Source of the DNA: Toensbergia leucococca
Taxonomy: Eukaryota
DNA: 63,626 nucleotides
NCBI GenBank assembly: GCA_022813965.1
Contig: JALDZS010000024.1
Span: forward strand, 124,001 to 187,626
Direction: 5' to 3'
This document shows positions 35,701 through 48,404 of the stretch, piece by piece. The position numbers and the translations under genes were made by a program. The notes under the pieces were generated by a model that was not told the origin of the DNA, searched no databases, and worked only from the letters and a program-made list of their open reading frames with translations. How positions within the stretch are numbered: position 1 is the first letter of the stretch; each line of letters opens with the position of its first letter.

Positions 35701-37684
35701 CATTGTATTGTAGTCCTTCATCCTCAATCCATGCGGTATAGTATCGAACCACAGACGGATGATTGAGCCGCGATAGTAAGATGATTTCGCTGAGGACTCC
35801 GCTCAAGGCAGATGCAGAGCTTTGTTTGATTTTCTTGATAGCATAGAACCGCCCATCTAATTTGTTCCTGGCTCGGACGACTTCCCCAAATCCGCCTCGT
35901 CCCAAGCGACCAGATTCAACAAAATCATTCGTATACCTTGAAGAAGACGGCATAGTGTGCGTGGAATCTTGTCGTGGCCTCATAGTCCTAGAGCCTTTGA
36001 GCTCCATGGAGGAGACAGTCCGAGACAACGAGGGCGAGGTATCCTCCTCGAGAATTGGATCATCGTTTCGAAGAAACTCAGATGGTAACAGTTCGAACGC
36101 AGTTGATCTCTTCTTGGGGTCATTCTTGAAACACCTTTTCAAAAGCTCCTCTAGAGAACGCGAAAGTCTATGGGTCTCGAAAAATGACGTTGGAGACGAA
36201 CAGAGGCCTAGAGCTTCGACACCGAACAGCATATCGACCATAAGCACACCAAAATCCCAGATGTCTTTAGGGGACGTTATGTGTCCCTGTGCATTGTTTG
36301 TTGCTTCAGGCGCAGTCCAACGAGTTGAGGCTGTGATATTTGTACTTCCATGGCTAATTACATGTATTTCGTGTTGAAAGGAGCCGTCAGAAAGTTTGAC
36401 AACAGTGGTTCCGTTTTCCCGTCCTAACAGAATGTTCCCTGAATGAACGAGTCCATGGACAACCCCATGTCGATGATAGAAGTCCAGGCCCTCGATGAGC
36501 TGAATTGCCCAGGCTCTGACATTGCCAATACCCAATACTCCCACAATTTCTAGCAGGTCTTGCATTGATCCTCGCTCAGCCAGCCGCGTCAAAACATCCA
36601 CTGACCAACCAGAATTATCTGCAATTCCCTGCGCCAAGGAACGTTGAATACGAAAGGCGAGAGGATTCGCAATACTCGGATGTGCTGGCAAGCGAACAAG
36701 CATATCCAACTTTGACTCCAGATTTTGGATAGACCTTTTCATTGTAGTCTCGTCTTTTTCATTCTCGACACGGTACTCTTTCAGTATTAGAAACGGGGTA
36801 GATACATCCTGCGAACCTATTGGATATACTGTGAAGACCTCAGTCACTGGACCATGCCGATATTTGGCTTTCCTATGTACAGTTCGCACCGCAACTACTG
36901 TACCGTCGTGGTCTTTAGTCATTACAGGTTGATCGAATTGCACACCACCAGTAACATTCTCTTCAGCGACGTTGAGCTGAGGCACAAGTGTGGATTTGCT
37001 CTTACGCTTGGCCAGGCGTGCCTGTTCTTGCTCAACCATCTTCGATAACAAACGCTCCTCTTCTGCATCGGCTTGCTCTTGCTCTTTCAATCTTTTCGTC
37101 TCAGCTTGCTGTGCTTTCTCGTGCATAACAGCCTCTTGGGCCATCCGTTCTTCGTCAAGGGTGGGAATAGACTCATTTACAACATCTGACGAAGCGTCCA
37201 AAATATCTTGTAGGCAAGCTGAAATTTCATATATCATCTCGGAGCCTAGCATAGCCTTTGGCTTAATGCGTAAGACCTCCTCAGCTTTGAGTTTTGTGTT
37301 TGAGCGTACTCCTTCATCATAGCTTAGGGTCAATCGTGGTATACTCTTGGGATATGTTGCTGGAAAAGTGACGGCAAGGGTGAGAGCAATACGGTCATCT
37401 TCACTTGACGGAGCTCTCAAAGTCAGTCGAAAGCTCTGATCTGAGCTTCTCTACACAAAAAGATGCAGTCTCAGCATGTATAATAATGATAATTTTAGCA
37501 GTCTCTTTTGCATTTCGGAGCTGAAAGCCTGGACAGGACTCGGACCTTTGGGCTTCTTCTTTCAACCTACATTCCAAGCCCCGGGTTTTAGCTCATCTTG
37601 CACAAAGTCCTCCATGTATATGGACCGCAATGCCTCGACCTCATTCTGCTGGATTTCGACGTAATTTGTGGTGGAAGGGGCCAT
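32757..37684 (-). CDS. GCN2: eIF2-alpha kinase Gcn2 (RWD, pseudokinase, kinase, HisRS-like, C-terminal domain), spliced
   Basis: RWD QQNEVEALRSIY...FPATYP; LGRGGFGEVV, YAIKKI, LYIQ|MEYCE, HRDLKPEN, IGDFGLA; HisRS-like LPYDLT and AAGGRYD. Start at 37684 is tentative. Confidence 0.95.
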
Positions 37685-38144
37685 TACAATATTGATACAG
37701 CTGCGAAACGAGCAGGAGAAGAAGCTTGAAGGCTGCTACAGAGACGTAGCAGCGCAGCCTAGGCCACAGTAGCTATAAAGAGTTTCATATTCTGCAAAGG
37801 TTATTACGAGTAGCAGAAGAGGAGAGGGAGAGAGATTAAAGTGAAGCAGTCCGGGCGGTCCAGACTCGAGGCTTCTGGAATAAGTCTTGGCATGCCTCTC
37901 GCCTACAAATACCTTATTCTAGACTAAGATCCTCGAATCCGATTGGAGCCGCTTGAGCCAATCAAAAGGTACCTTCCCGTAGAACTACCTACCTACCTAA
38001 GCGAGCTAAGGTACGGACACCTTAATCCTTGCTGCAAATCCATAAACAACACGACCTGCAGCGCTGTCAAAACAACACATCACATAACATTACCACTTAT
38101 GACTACCATATCGCTCCACATTCGATAATCATACACTGCCCGTC

Positions 38145-40569
38145 ATGCTTGAATGGCTTACAGGAGCTTCAAGATCAGCTGATGCCCCAGCCTATCAGCC
38201 AGGTCTGTATATAAATCAAGACTAAACTATAATAAGTTGACGAAGCCCCAGATGATGGTCAATCATACATTCAAGAGCCGCCAGAAACCCCTGCACCGCT
38301 CTTTGCCGTTCGTGCATTCAAGACTGCTATCTTCGGAACCCCCGGAGAAGACAACAGAGAGCGATTGTCTCTCCAGAAAAGTCTTAGGGACACGAACTCT
38401 GTTGCGTCTTTGCAGTTGTCGCGCAATACACGAAAACCCCAAGATCTGACGTCTAAAGCCGCTACCGAACGAAAAACTGATCCTGCGCTTTCTCCTGCAA
38501 AAGGCATACTCTTGACACCAGGGACTGGCGTTACGCGACGAAAGACTGTTTCCTTTGGTGCCTCAACGATTGATACTAAAAGCAAGCAAAACGAAGGCGC
38601 TAAGCATTCCGAGGTGTTAAAGATAGCGTCAGACACTTCACCGACTCTATGGAAACCGGAAAATGCTCATTCGCACCAACGCCGTCAGACCTCCCTGACG
38701 AAGACTCTCCTCAAGGCTCGCAGTGATGCTTTGGAACATGGGCTGGGCAAGCAGGCTACAGTGGAAGGTGGGTCGAAGGACGAACAATTTGGCTACAATC
38801 AAGAAGCACAGAGGGTCTGCACAGGAATGGAGGAAGAGCACCCGGCGCCGGATCCAGACATAACCATTGATCTTAATGAGCCACGCTCAAATTCAGGAAG
38901 GCATTGGAAAGCTGAGTATGAACAATACAATCGGACATCGAAGCGTGAATTGAAGAAGGTCATCCAGCGCAACCAAGTGACTAAATCCTATGCTGAAAAG
39001 AAGGATTCTGAAGCAGTTGACCTCAGAGAGCAATTGAAGAGGCAGCTGCACAAAGTGGCTACGATGGAAAAGAAGGTCTCGAGGTTAGTTGCACAGCTAG
39101 CTAGTGCTGAAATTCACGGCCCAAACGACGAGCAAGAGCAGTCGAAGCTAGTTTGCGAACTTGCACAGCGGACAGCCTCGGCATTTCGGTATCAGCAGAA
39201 AGCCGATAAGTGTAGACTTGCAATTCAAAAACAGAGCTCAATCATGGCCTCAGAGGATGATCGGGGTGTGAATGTATCTGTACGGGAGTCAGAAGAGGCG
39301 CCGCTTGTGCAATCCATAAACTCACAAGAAATTCGAGACCAGCTCACCGAGTTAGAGTTTCTACGCACCGAGATAAATAGCTTTCGGGAAAATGTAAAGA
39401 CTGCAGAAGAGAAGGCTGCAAAGCTAGAGTGTGAGAACTTAGCGCTCCAGAGTCAGCTTGCCAAGGCGAAGGATGATATGAAAATCTATGAGACAAGATG
39501 TCAGGCTAGAGCCGACAAACTCAGTGAAACCGAGACCGACCTACACAAAGGAGACCCTGCTTGTGACACACGACCAGGACAAGTGACTGTACAAAATCGG
39601 AAAGTGCTGTGTGTGTCTGACGTGACATTGGAGACAGTGGAAAGTGAAGGCCTGCAAGCAATCAACATCAAGCAGGGTAACAATAAATCCAGGGACCAAA
39701 ATGTGGAATTGGCCTCTTTGCAGCCCCGAAGCACACCATACAGGAAAGCAAGCGAAACCCTCATTGAGGGACTCGGAATGGAGACCCCCACCTCAAAGCC
39801 CAAAGTTTCGCAGACACAACATCGGAAACAGAAGCTACCTATAAGTTTTCAAGAGCTCTGGGAACTCCAAGGCGAGCCACCTCGACGTCAGGTACATGGT
39901 CGCGAGATGTTGGCTGAGCCTAGCAATGAAAAGAGCAAATGCTTAGGAAACTCTGGATTGCAGGATGTCCAGAAAACAACGTTTCAGAAACCAAGCCTCG
40001 ATATATGGACTATGAGGGATGGAGAAGAATCTATCAATGGAAGCGCAGTACAAGTCATGCCACTACCTAGAAAGAAAGTCAACGATTTGATCCCTACTCA
40101 ATCAAATGCGAGACCAATGGACACATCCAGGGACATCAGTCAGAACTTTTCTTTAGATCAGCAGCTTCCAAAACAGGGCTCATCCGCGGGAAGCCAGAAA
40201 ACCACCGCGGTGAATGGCCTTCTTGATGGTGGTCGTGCAATGGACTCTTTGGTCTCCCCTGCATTACCTTCACCCGAACCCTCGATTTGGTCGGCTGCTA
40301 AGCGGACGCGAGAGAGAAAGGCCAAAATGTACTCGCCTCGTCCCTCGATGCTTAGTTTCCCATCTAGTCCAGCGAAAGCCAATTCCTCAGACGCCAGGGG
40401 GTTTGTAGCAAGAGGAATTGGCGAGCGGCGATCGGCCAACCTCTTGACGGCCGGTGGCAGAGGTAATACGGCGTTGCCACCTGAACGTGCGGCGGCTGCT
40501 AAAGCGAGGTTGGAGAAGAAGAATGCAGAGAAGCGGAAGACGCGGGATGTTGACAAGGAGAATGCTTAA
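38145..40569 (+). CDS. Spindle-pole-body Cut12-domain coiled-coil protein; one intron near 38203-38251
   Basis: Spliced N-terminus MLEWLTG...|EPPETPAPLFAVRAFKTAIFGTP, then SPAKGILLTPGT..RRKTVSFG and DLNEPRSNSGRHWKAEYEQY, followed by a long coiled coil. Confidence 0.8.
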
Positions 40570-41089
40570 GATCAAGCTTGGACGATGTACTGCTGGTCCT
40601 GAGAGTATACTAGGACCTCTCATCATGTTACTATCGGGAAACTAGCATAGATATTCGTATGCATACCAATTCGCAATACCTATCCCTTTGTTTTCTTCGG
40701 TAAATTAAGGTGCCTTGGTACGGAGTATGAAGTATCTTACTATATTTAGAAGCGAGATCGGAATGGCCTCGGCCTGAGCCGTAGCCCTATTCTAAAGCTC
40801 GTCATGCCTTCTGACTGTGCTAACACGCACGCCACAGGCCACCTTCATTTGCTCTTTGAACATTTGGCCTGATCTGATCTCTTCAACATGGGCTGCTGAC
40901 ATCACTCGCATACCAACACATCAACTATAATTCTTTCCCATTCCTCGTCAGTTCTAACGTCGTCGAGGTCAACGTCCCATACCTTACTGTCGAGTTCACC
41001 AGCTGCCTACTTACGTATGTACTCGTACCTTATCTGACCCTATCAACTTTTAATTCTCTCTTGCTCTTCAAGTCTAGACACCGTTCGTC

Positions 41090-41900
41090 ATGGCTGAACG
41101 AATCCTCATGAATGAGTACAAGATGCTGTCTCAGGAGAAGTGGGTCAATGTCGAGGTGAGCATTGTTCCTTCTGCTCCTCTCAGTAGCTCTGCCACTGAC
41201 TTCTCTTATACAGCTTAACGAAGACAACGTCTTCGATTGGAATATCGCTCTCATTGTTATGAACCCAGACTCCCTCTATCACGGTGGCTACTTTAAGGCT
41301 AAGATGACCTTTTCAAATAACTATCCTTACGCACCACCAGGTACAAGAATCTGAACCTTTTAAACCTTAACCTTTAAGCTAATAACACATTCAGACTTCA
41401 AGTTCATTCGACCTCTCTACCATCCAAACATCTACAAAGACGGTAAACTCTGCATCTCCATTCTCCATGCGCCTGGGGAGGATGAAATGTCCGGTGAAAC
41501 GGCTGCGGAACGTTGGTCACCTGCTCAACGCGTCGAATGCGTTCTTCTCTCTATCATCTCACTTCTCGATGATGCTGAGTGTTCATCACCTGCTAATGTA
41601 GATGCTGGTGTGATGCTTCGCAAGCAGCCTGAAGAGTACAAGGAAATAGTAAAGAAGGACGTCGAGCTCTCGACGAAGGATATTCCGGAGGGTTTTAAGA
41701 TGCCCACAAACGAACATACCCCTCGAAAGGTCGAGAAGGAGGACGACAGTAATTTCTGGGTCGATAGTGATGATGAGGATGGCTTCGGTGGTAGCGATAC
41801 AGATGCAGAAATGGTCGATGACGACGACGATGAGTCTCCAGATCGAGAGAGCGAAAATGAGGAGGATGATGAAATGCGGGATGACGCCGACGATGATTAG
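41090..41900 (+). CDS. CDC34: E2 ubiquitin-conjugating enzyme of the Cdc34/Ubc3 type with acidic tail; two introns
   Basis: MAERILMNEYK|...YHGGYFKA...YPYAPP|...YHPNIYKDGKLCISILH, acidic insertion, ERWSP, SPANVDA, D/E-rich tail. Confidence 0.88.
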
Positions 41901-42902
41901 GGGGAAGAGGAGGGTCCACCGACCTTTAGCACGGCAACACATGGGTTCCGCATTCAGATGGCGGAAGAATTTCATAGGGACCCTTGGGCTTTCTCAACGG
42001 GTCATCATCTACGTTTGGGGCATTGCGCAAGGGACTGCACGGCGTTGGCATCGTAAAGCCATATCTCAACTACTGCTCAATCCGGCGTTCAAAGTCGTTT
42101 TACCGGCAGCATAGCACTGGCGCTTCCAGATGGCAGGCTCCCTGCGTACTATATCAGAGATTCTCTTAGTACGTTCACGAATCAAACAATTCAATGCTTA
42201 CACTTTTCATACGAATCGGGGAATACTACTAGCGCAGCAAGGTACCCATGAAAGACTGAAATTCTCGTGCTGTGTGATGCCAGAGATAGCTCCGGGGCAA
42301 TTTGACTGGTGGGACTGGACTGATTTTACGTTTCATTTTCAATATTGAAGGATTCTTAATTTGTAGTGTGGATATTTTGGCAATTGAAGAATGGGTTCTA
42401 ATTTGCAACTTATGCTATGCTAGCTCTCACGGGAATGGCAGGATGGTAAAACGCCTCTCGATATTTTGGAGAAGAGAGGCCAGAAGTGCTTAGAAATGAA
42501 GTATTCATTCTTCACCCACTGACCCTCGATCTCCTTCGCCCTGTTCCTCCTCCAGGTATGATTGGTACAAGTTATTGAATTATACTGTAAGCTAGAATGC
42601 TGTTTAAGAATGGACGATGTATAGGTACTGGTTGAGCCTTTCAAGTAAAGACTGAGTGACTTTTTTGTCGCTGATTACTTGCATTTAGGAAGATAGGCAC
42701 ATAGGTAAGGGCACCAAGGGTAGTGAAGACTGAAGAGGTCAGCCTAAAGTACCTTAGAATATTTCTGGGTTGCCCGCCGTAGAATATTCCAGGCAGGGAT
42801 GGCCATTTCGGGACAGAGCACATGTTTCTTCAACGCGACACAATGTTTGGTATTTTTTTCTCTCTCAAGTGAGAACTGGTCATACAAATCGCAAAGCTTG
42901 CT

Positions 42903-45900
42903 ATGGATGCGGCCCCACAAAATGCAGCTATTGACGATTTTGCCAGCTTGAGCAACCTTCCCCGAAGTGATGCCATCAGATGGTTAAAGGTACAGCTAAC
43001 TTCTACAACATCTTATTTGTTGAAGCCCCCAACTTATTTTACTATTTGGTGCAGGCATATAACAACGACCTCAATAGTGCAGCTAATGCCTTTTTCGAGA
43101 ACCCCGACGCTTTGGTCAGCCAGGTAAGGAGCTTCACCTTGGATTGAACATCATCCATGCTAAGATGCAGATCAGTCAGCGCCAAATGCCTGGGATGAGG
43201 AGCATTTCCACTCAGACAAGACTGATTATACGCAACAAGGCCAGCACCAGCCATGTGAGAGTCCTGCCAACACCACAAGCCTTGCCTACTGGCTGCGAGC
43301 TACATCCTTATGCACATGGGACATACTTTACTAACATGCTACTTTACTAAGCATTTGCCATTCACCCTCCCGATTCATTGAACCCTAATATCTTCACTGA
43401 TGGCGCCCCTGCAAGGCCACCCTCAAGGGTCAGCACCAGAGGGACCGAGACATCGGCCGACAATGGCTCAGGTAAAGGCCTCTTTTACATGCATACTCCG
43501 AATTGAAGACTGATCTGCACTCCAGGCCTGAACAAGAAGCTGAGTCTGGCGGAGCAAGAAGAACAACAAATGCAGCAGGCAATGGCTATGTCGATGAGCC
43601 AAACACTACCAGATCAGGAGGCGGGTGTAGTGGATGTTTCGAATCAACATTTTGGACCTGCAAATCAAGAGCACTACGACACCAGAAATTGGACCATGAC
43701 CTACCCAGGAGCTCAAGCTCAGGAGATATTGCTAAACCCAGAGCCAGTACATCGTCGGCGTCAACTTGGTACGCCTGCGTTCATGAAGCCAAGTACTACG
43801 GACTATTACTTGCCCGCCTTTATCACGATATTGCACGCAATTCCAGTGGCCCGAGAGGCTTTGCTTGCGAGGGAAAACACAATCGCTGAGTATGGACATG
43901 ACAATGAATGGTGGGATGGCACCCCGATTAGAGTCCCAAAGATCATTGACATAGACCAAGATCATTCAGAATTCGAGCGTCAGGAACTCGTTTACGAGGC
44001 GCAACGTTTGATGGCGTTTCTAGATCAAACCGAACGGGCTTACGGGAGCATTATGGGTTTAACGAGGCTTTACGATCTTGATAATCCTAGTGACCAAGCC
44101 GTCTCTACATTTTTAAACCAATGGACTGATCTTCAGGCCGATCCAGTGAATGAATTAGCACGAACTTTCAAATCAGTGGGAACTAAGATCGATCATGGTG
44201 AAGTGTACTTGCCGACTAGACAATATTTCTATCAAATGGAGCTTACGATCGATCAATCTGCTGCGGACTGTGGACAGACGCTTTACGAAGCTGTCGATGA
44301 TATCTTGTGGCGTGAACAAGACGAGAGCAGTCTGGAAGATATCTTTCTTGAATCCATAGGAGATGTTTTCAATTTTCATGTAACACGTCAGGATCAGACA
44401 GGCTCCGGGTTAGGCATCGAAATACCGGCTATATGGTACGCTGATCGCTACTTGGAATCATCAAAACAGCTTGCAAAGACCATGCGAGTTGATAAAGCCA
44501 AGGTTAAAAAGGAAATTGAAAAGATTGACCAGGCGCAGATTAAACTATCAGAATTTACGAACAGTGAAAGTGGTAAAGCAATAGCATCCAGCAAGCTTAC
44601 TAAGATAGCAGGGGCTTACTTTGAGAAACCCCTCTCAACCCGGGTTATTGTGAACGGAGTAAACGGAAACGAGGACGCCAATTCTATGGAATCCGCTCCT
44701 CGTTCAACCAAATATTCTCACGTCGCTGACGAGTTAAAAACTCTGGCTGATAGAGTGGCGCAGAAGCTAAAGGGTATGTGAAGCTTTCCGAAGATTTGCA
44801 ACCTAGCTGATATCGACTTGCTAGCTTTGGAAGAGTCGAAACAGAAAGCTCATGAGAAACTCAAGGAGCTTTCAAAGCTTTACACAAAGCCTTCGACCAA
44901 CTCTGAGGAAGCCCCACATGTGAAGTATACGCTTCGTGGGGTCTCTACAGATCCTCATACAACGTATGTGCTGGTAAAATCTGAATCTGGGAAAGATGAC
45001 CTGCTCAGTTTTGACCTCGAGGAGTGGCAATGGTGGCGGATAAGCTACACCGGGAATGAGATAGACCCAATATCACACACGGTCAGTCCACCACTCTACT
45101 CAGGGTTCAATGCTGTCACTCGAACGCTTGGACGGAACGATAAGTCCAGTCTCAATAGTGACAGTTTTGCGAGAAAATTACTATGAAAGGATGCTGATAT
45201 TGCAAAATCACCTGGTAGAAGATTTCAGAAGCCGAGGTACTGGAAGCCGCAAAGGACGAATCTCGGACTGCCTTACTGGTATATGCCAGTGAAAGGGCCA
45301 TCTCATATGAGACGAGAGACCTGCCGCCACAATTAAAGGTGTGTTAGCTGATACAGGTAGCATATAAAACCGTAGGCTGACAAAGTAATAGAACTTCGTT
45401 CGCGCAGATAACCTCGCCTTCGCCGAAGAGCTTGACAAATCGGCTCCAACTAAGCAAACTACGCCTACGAAACGTAAAGCAGATGACGAGGATGTCGAAG
45501 ACTTTGTCTGGCATATGCCAACGCCATCCCACACGCAAGATACCGAGCATCTGGTCCCAATCACTTCCGATCCAACATTACCTGCGTACTCTCCATCTAG
45601 CCCCTCACCTCCCTTATCCGAATCTAAGGTCTCGGAATCTTACTACCGTGGAAATCGTGGTGACGCCTTTCATGATGGAAAGAACGGTGTATCTCTGGAA
45701 GAAACAGGACCAATGAACAATTCAGTGTCGATGGCCTTCTCAGGCGATGCCAATGAGGGCGGGCAGGAAATGCAAGAGAGAAGTGGAAGGCCAGGATTAG
45801 TCCCAAGAGAGGACGCTAGGAAAGACAAGGATGACTATCGACTAGGCAGTTACATCCCGGAAATTACTATGGATGATAGAGAAGATCACGATGGCGTGGG

Positions 45901-45937
45901 GAGTACTCATATAGAGTATGTGGACAAGTGGAGATGA
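42903..45937 (+). CDS. UBA- and UIM-containing protein with a USP-like fold (Rup1-like, probable pseudo-deubiquitinase), multi-exon
   Basis: UBA-like AIRWLK|AYNNDLNSAANAFF; UIM LAEQEEQQMQQAMAMSM; YYLPAFITILHAIP, IPAIWYADRYL, YTLRGVST...WWRI...LLVYA. Confidence 0.75.
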
Positions 45938-46762
45938 ATCTATGCTCAGCGGGGTTTCTGATTGCTTTGGACACCTTATTGGTCAAAATCAGTGATAAGC
46001 GTTCTAGCACTCTCAACCTAAGTCACATTTGTTTGATGGGGCGTTACAAGCTCTCCGTACTGAATCCATGGGACCGTTTCCTCAATACAGGTAGCAATTC
46101 GACTAATTGAGTTCTTGTCCACCGTTTGTGCAGCAGCTGCCACAAACAATCATCTCTTTACTGAATACCCCTTCGATCAGATGAGCACCTATTTACTGTT
46201 GGGAAATAAGCTTTAGAGACGATCCTTTGGAAGATCAGACTGAAAATGAGCCCCAAGAGCAAGAATGCGTACCTTATGCTAATCGAAAGTTTAGAGTCAG
46301 TGATATGCTCGGCGCCTTGCCGAAAAGGCTATAGAGCCAATAACGTCTATCCCAAATCATCGCCAAGGTTCACATTATCATTAGAGCGTGAAGGAGGAGC
46401 AGAGGAGACGTGCCTCACATGCCCCCGCCACCAGCTTTGCTACTCTGTATGGCCGAGGAAACATCGTCTTGAAGCAGCTGCACTGGCTGTTCCTGTTGTC
46501 CGGGTTACCTAGTCGATTGTACGTACTACAGCCTCAGGAAAGCCACAAAGATGGCATGGTAGCCCATGGACATTCTTCGCATCAATCCTTTCAGCACATT
46601 GGTCTTTCGTCTGATCAAAATACACAATTCTTAGAACATTAAACTAAATCTAATCCAACCACACACCAATTTCCTCATCTAGATTTGCCAAGTTGCCCTC
46701 ATCCCTCTGAAAAATAACCATAAACTGCTTGGTCCCCCAACGAGCCTGTCAGGATTGTGACC

Positions 46763-47566
46763 ATGCTTTCTTCGACCCGAAAATTCGTCTTCGCCACCGT
46801 CCTCACCGTCTGCCTCTTCGCCTTGGTCTCTTCATTCCCAGTGCAAAAGCACAACGCCTTCCTCTCTCTGTCCCAAAATATCGAGGGCAAAGAGTCAATA
46901 CTCGTCTCCCGCAGCCACCAGCCAGAATGGTCTTCTCGTCACATGCCAACATCTCCAAGTTCGAGAGAGGCCAACCTCTTTGCCAAGATCCATGACCCCG
47001 CTACCGATCTGACTCGCAACGTTATCAAACGTGGCATGTTCTCGGGTATTGCCAGCGGCGTTGCTAGGGGGCTTACAAAAGCGGCCTTAGCTGCCGCCAA
47101 AGCTGCTGCTGTAGCCGCGCGATATGCTGCCGAAATGGCTGCCAAGGCAGCTAAAGCAGTTGCTGCAGCAGCCGTTAAGGGAGCTTCGGTTGCTGCCCAA
47201 GCAGCCGCTAGAGCAGCCGTGGCAGCCGCGAAAGGTACCGCGGAGGGAGCCAGAACGGCCGGCAAAGGAGCCAGCCAGGGAGTCCAAGGCGTTTTCAACG
47301 CAGCGCTCAAAGGATGGAAAATGACGGGCGGCCAGGCTTACAAAATTATCAAGAAACTCGCTCTGAAGTTTGTGGATTACGTCGGAGTGGAATCTATTTT
47401 GACTTCCATCCAGAACGGGTATGTCGGCAAGCTTGAGGGTCACAGTGTGCAGTGGCTTGTAGAATTGAAGTCACAACTCCGCCAGAAGCAGTTGAAGGAT
47501 CGGATCCAAACGTACCAGGTTGGGAAGCCGGGGTGGACTCAAGGACCATGGGTTGTGCCAGGCTGA
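46763..47566 (+). CDS. Secreted Ala/Gly/Lys-rich preproprotein with a Kex2 (KR) site and 11-mer helical periodicity
   Basis: Signal peptide MLSSTRKFVFATVLTVCLFALVSS-FP; pro-region ends VIKR; mature region GMFSGIASGVARGLTKAALAAAK...; intronless 267-aa ORF. Confidence 0.8.
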   Translation: MLSSTRKFVFATVLTVCLFALVSSFPVQKHNAFLSLSQNIEGKESILVSRSHQPEWSSRHMPTSPSSREANLFAKIHDPATDLTRNVIKRGMFSGIASGVARGLTKAALAAAKAAAVAARYAAEMAAKAAKAVAAAAVKGASVAAQAAARAAVAAAKGTAEGARTAGKGASQGVQGVFNAALKGWKMTGGQAYKIIKKLALKFVDYVGVESILTSIQNGYVGKLEGHSVQWLVELKSQLRQKQLKDRIQTYQVGKPGWTQGPWVVPG

Positions 47567-48259
47567 AATTGCGGTCTTTTCTACCGACGCTCTTCGGACC
47601 TGTTCTTTTGGATTTTTTTTGGCGGATTACTTGTCTTCTCGTGGCCCGGAACCGTATTTTGAGTGCTTCAAAGGAGGTTATCAAGAGGCTGGCTGATGTG
47701 TCAAATCTGTATCACCGTACATTGGTCACCGCTAGGAGACATCCCACCCCCAGACACCTCAACGATGCGAGCGCTCTGGTCAATCTAGGCCAGAACGATT
47801 TTTGCGAAACGTTTTCTTGCTCTTTCCATTCGTTGGGTGTGGTAGATCATCGTTGATCTTATGTATATATACTCCGTATATGGGTCGATTTATTTTAGCT
47901 TTTCCATTGAAATTTCTGCATGCAAGCTTATACTCATTAAACCTGGCCACGTAAAAGAACGGTTTTATAAAATTTATGACAGGCTTTTGAGAAGAAAGTT
48001 TGATAGTTTGAAGTTTGTATATATCATATACTGCGTGTGTTTGAGGCAATATTGAAATGTAAATTGACTGAGAAAGGAAGGTTTTTTAGTTGTCACACAG
48101 CAGCTTTATAATGATGTTGAAGATTGAAACAAAGAAAGATGCATACAGCCTGATCATTACAAGTATCTGTTTTGAGGTGCTGAGTTGAGATTGTAGATAT
48201 TCTCAAGCTAGATAAATCTGACTGTGAAGTGAAGTTGTATCTGTAGATTTGATTGCTCA

Positions 48260-48404
48260 TTGCTTCAGGCCCTCAGAGAGATAAACTGACTAAGTTTCTT
48301 TGAGCTGACTGACTTCACTTACTAAACCGAAAGCGCATTTAGTAAATGAAGGCAGCTAACCTGAAGGGACTTAGACACCTTGACGGTTTGAGGGCCTGAG
48401 GCAA
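48260..48404. repeat. 145-nt symmetric imperfect palindrome/hairpin
   Basis: 48260-48277 pairs with 48387-48404 (16 WC + 2 GU); 48290-48326 pairs with 48338-48374 (27 WC + 5 GU of 37, ungapped); 12x12 internal loop and 11-nt terminal loop. Confidence 0.88.
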
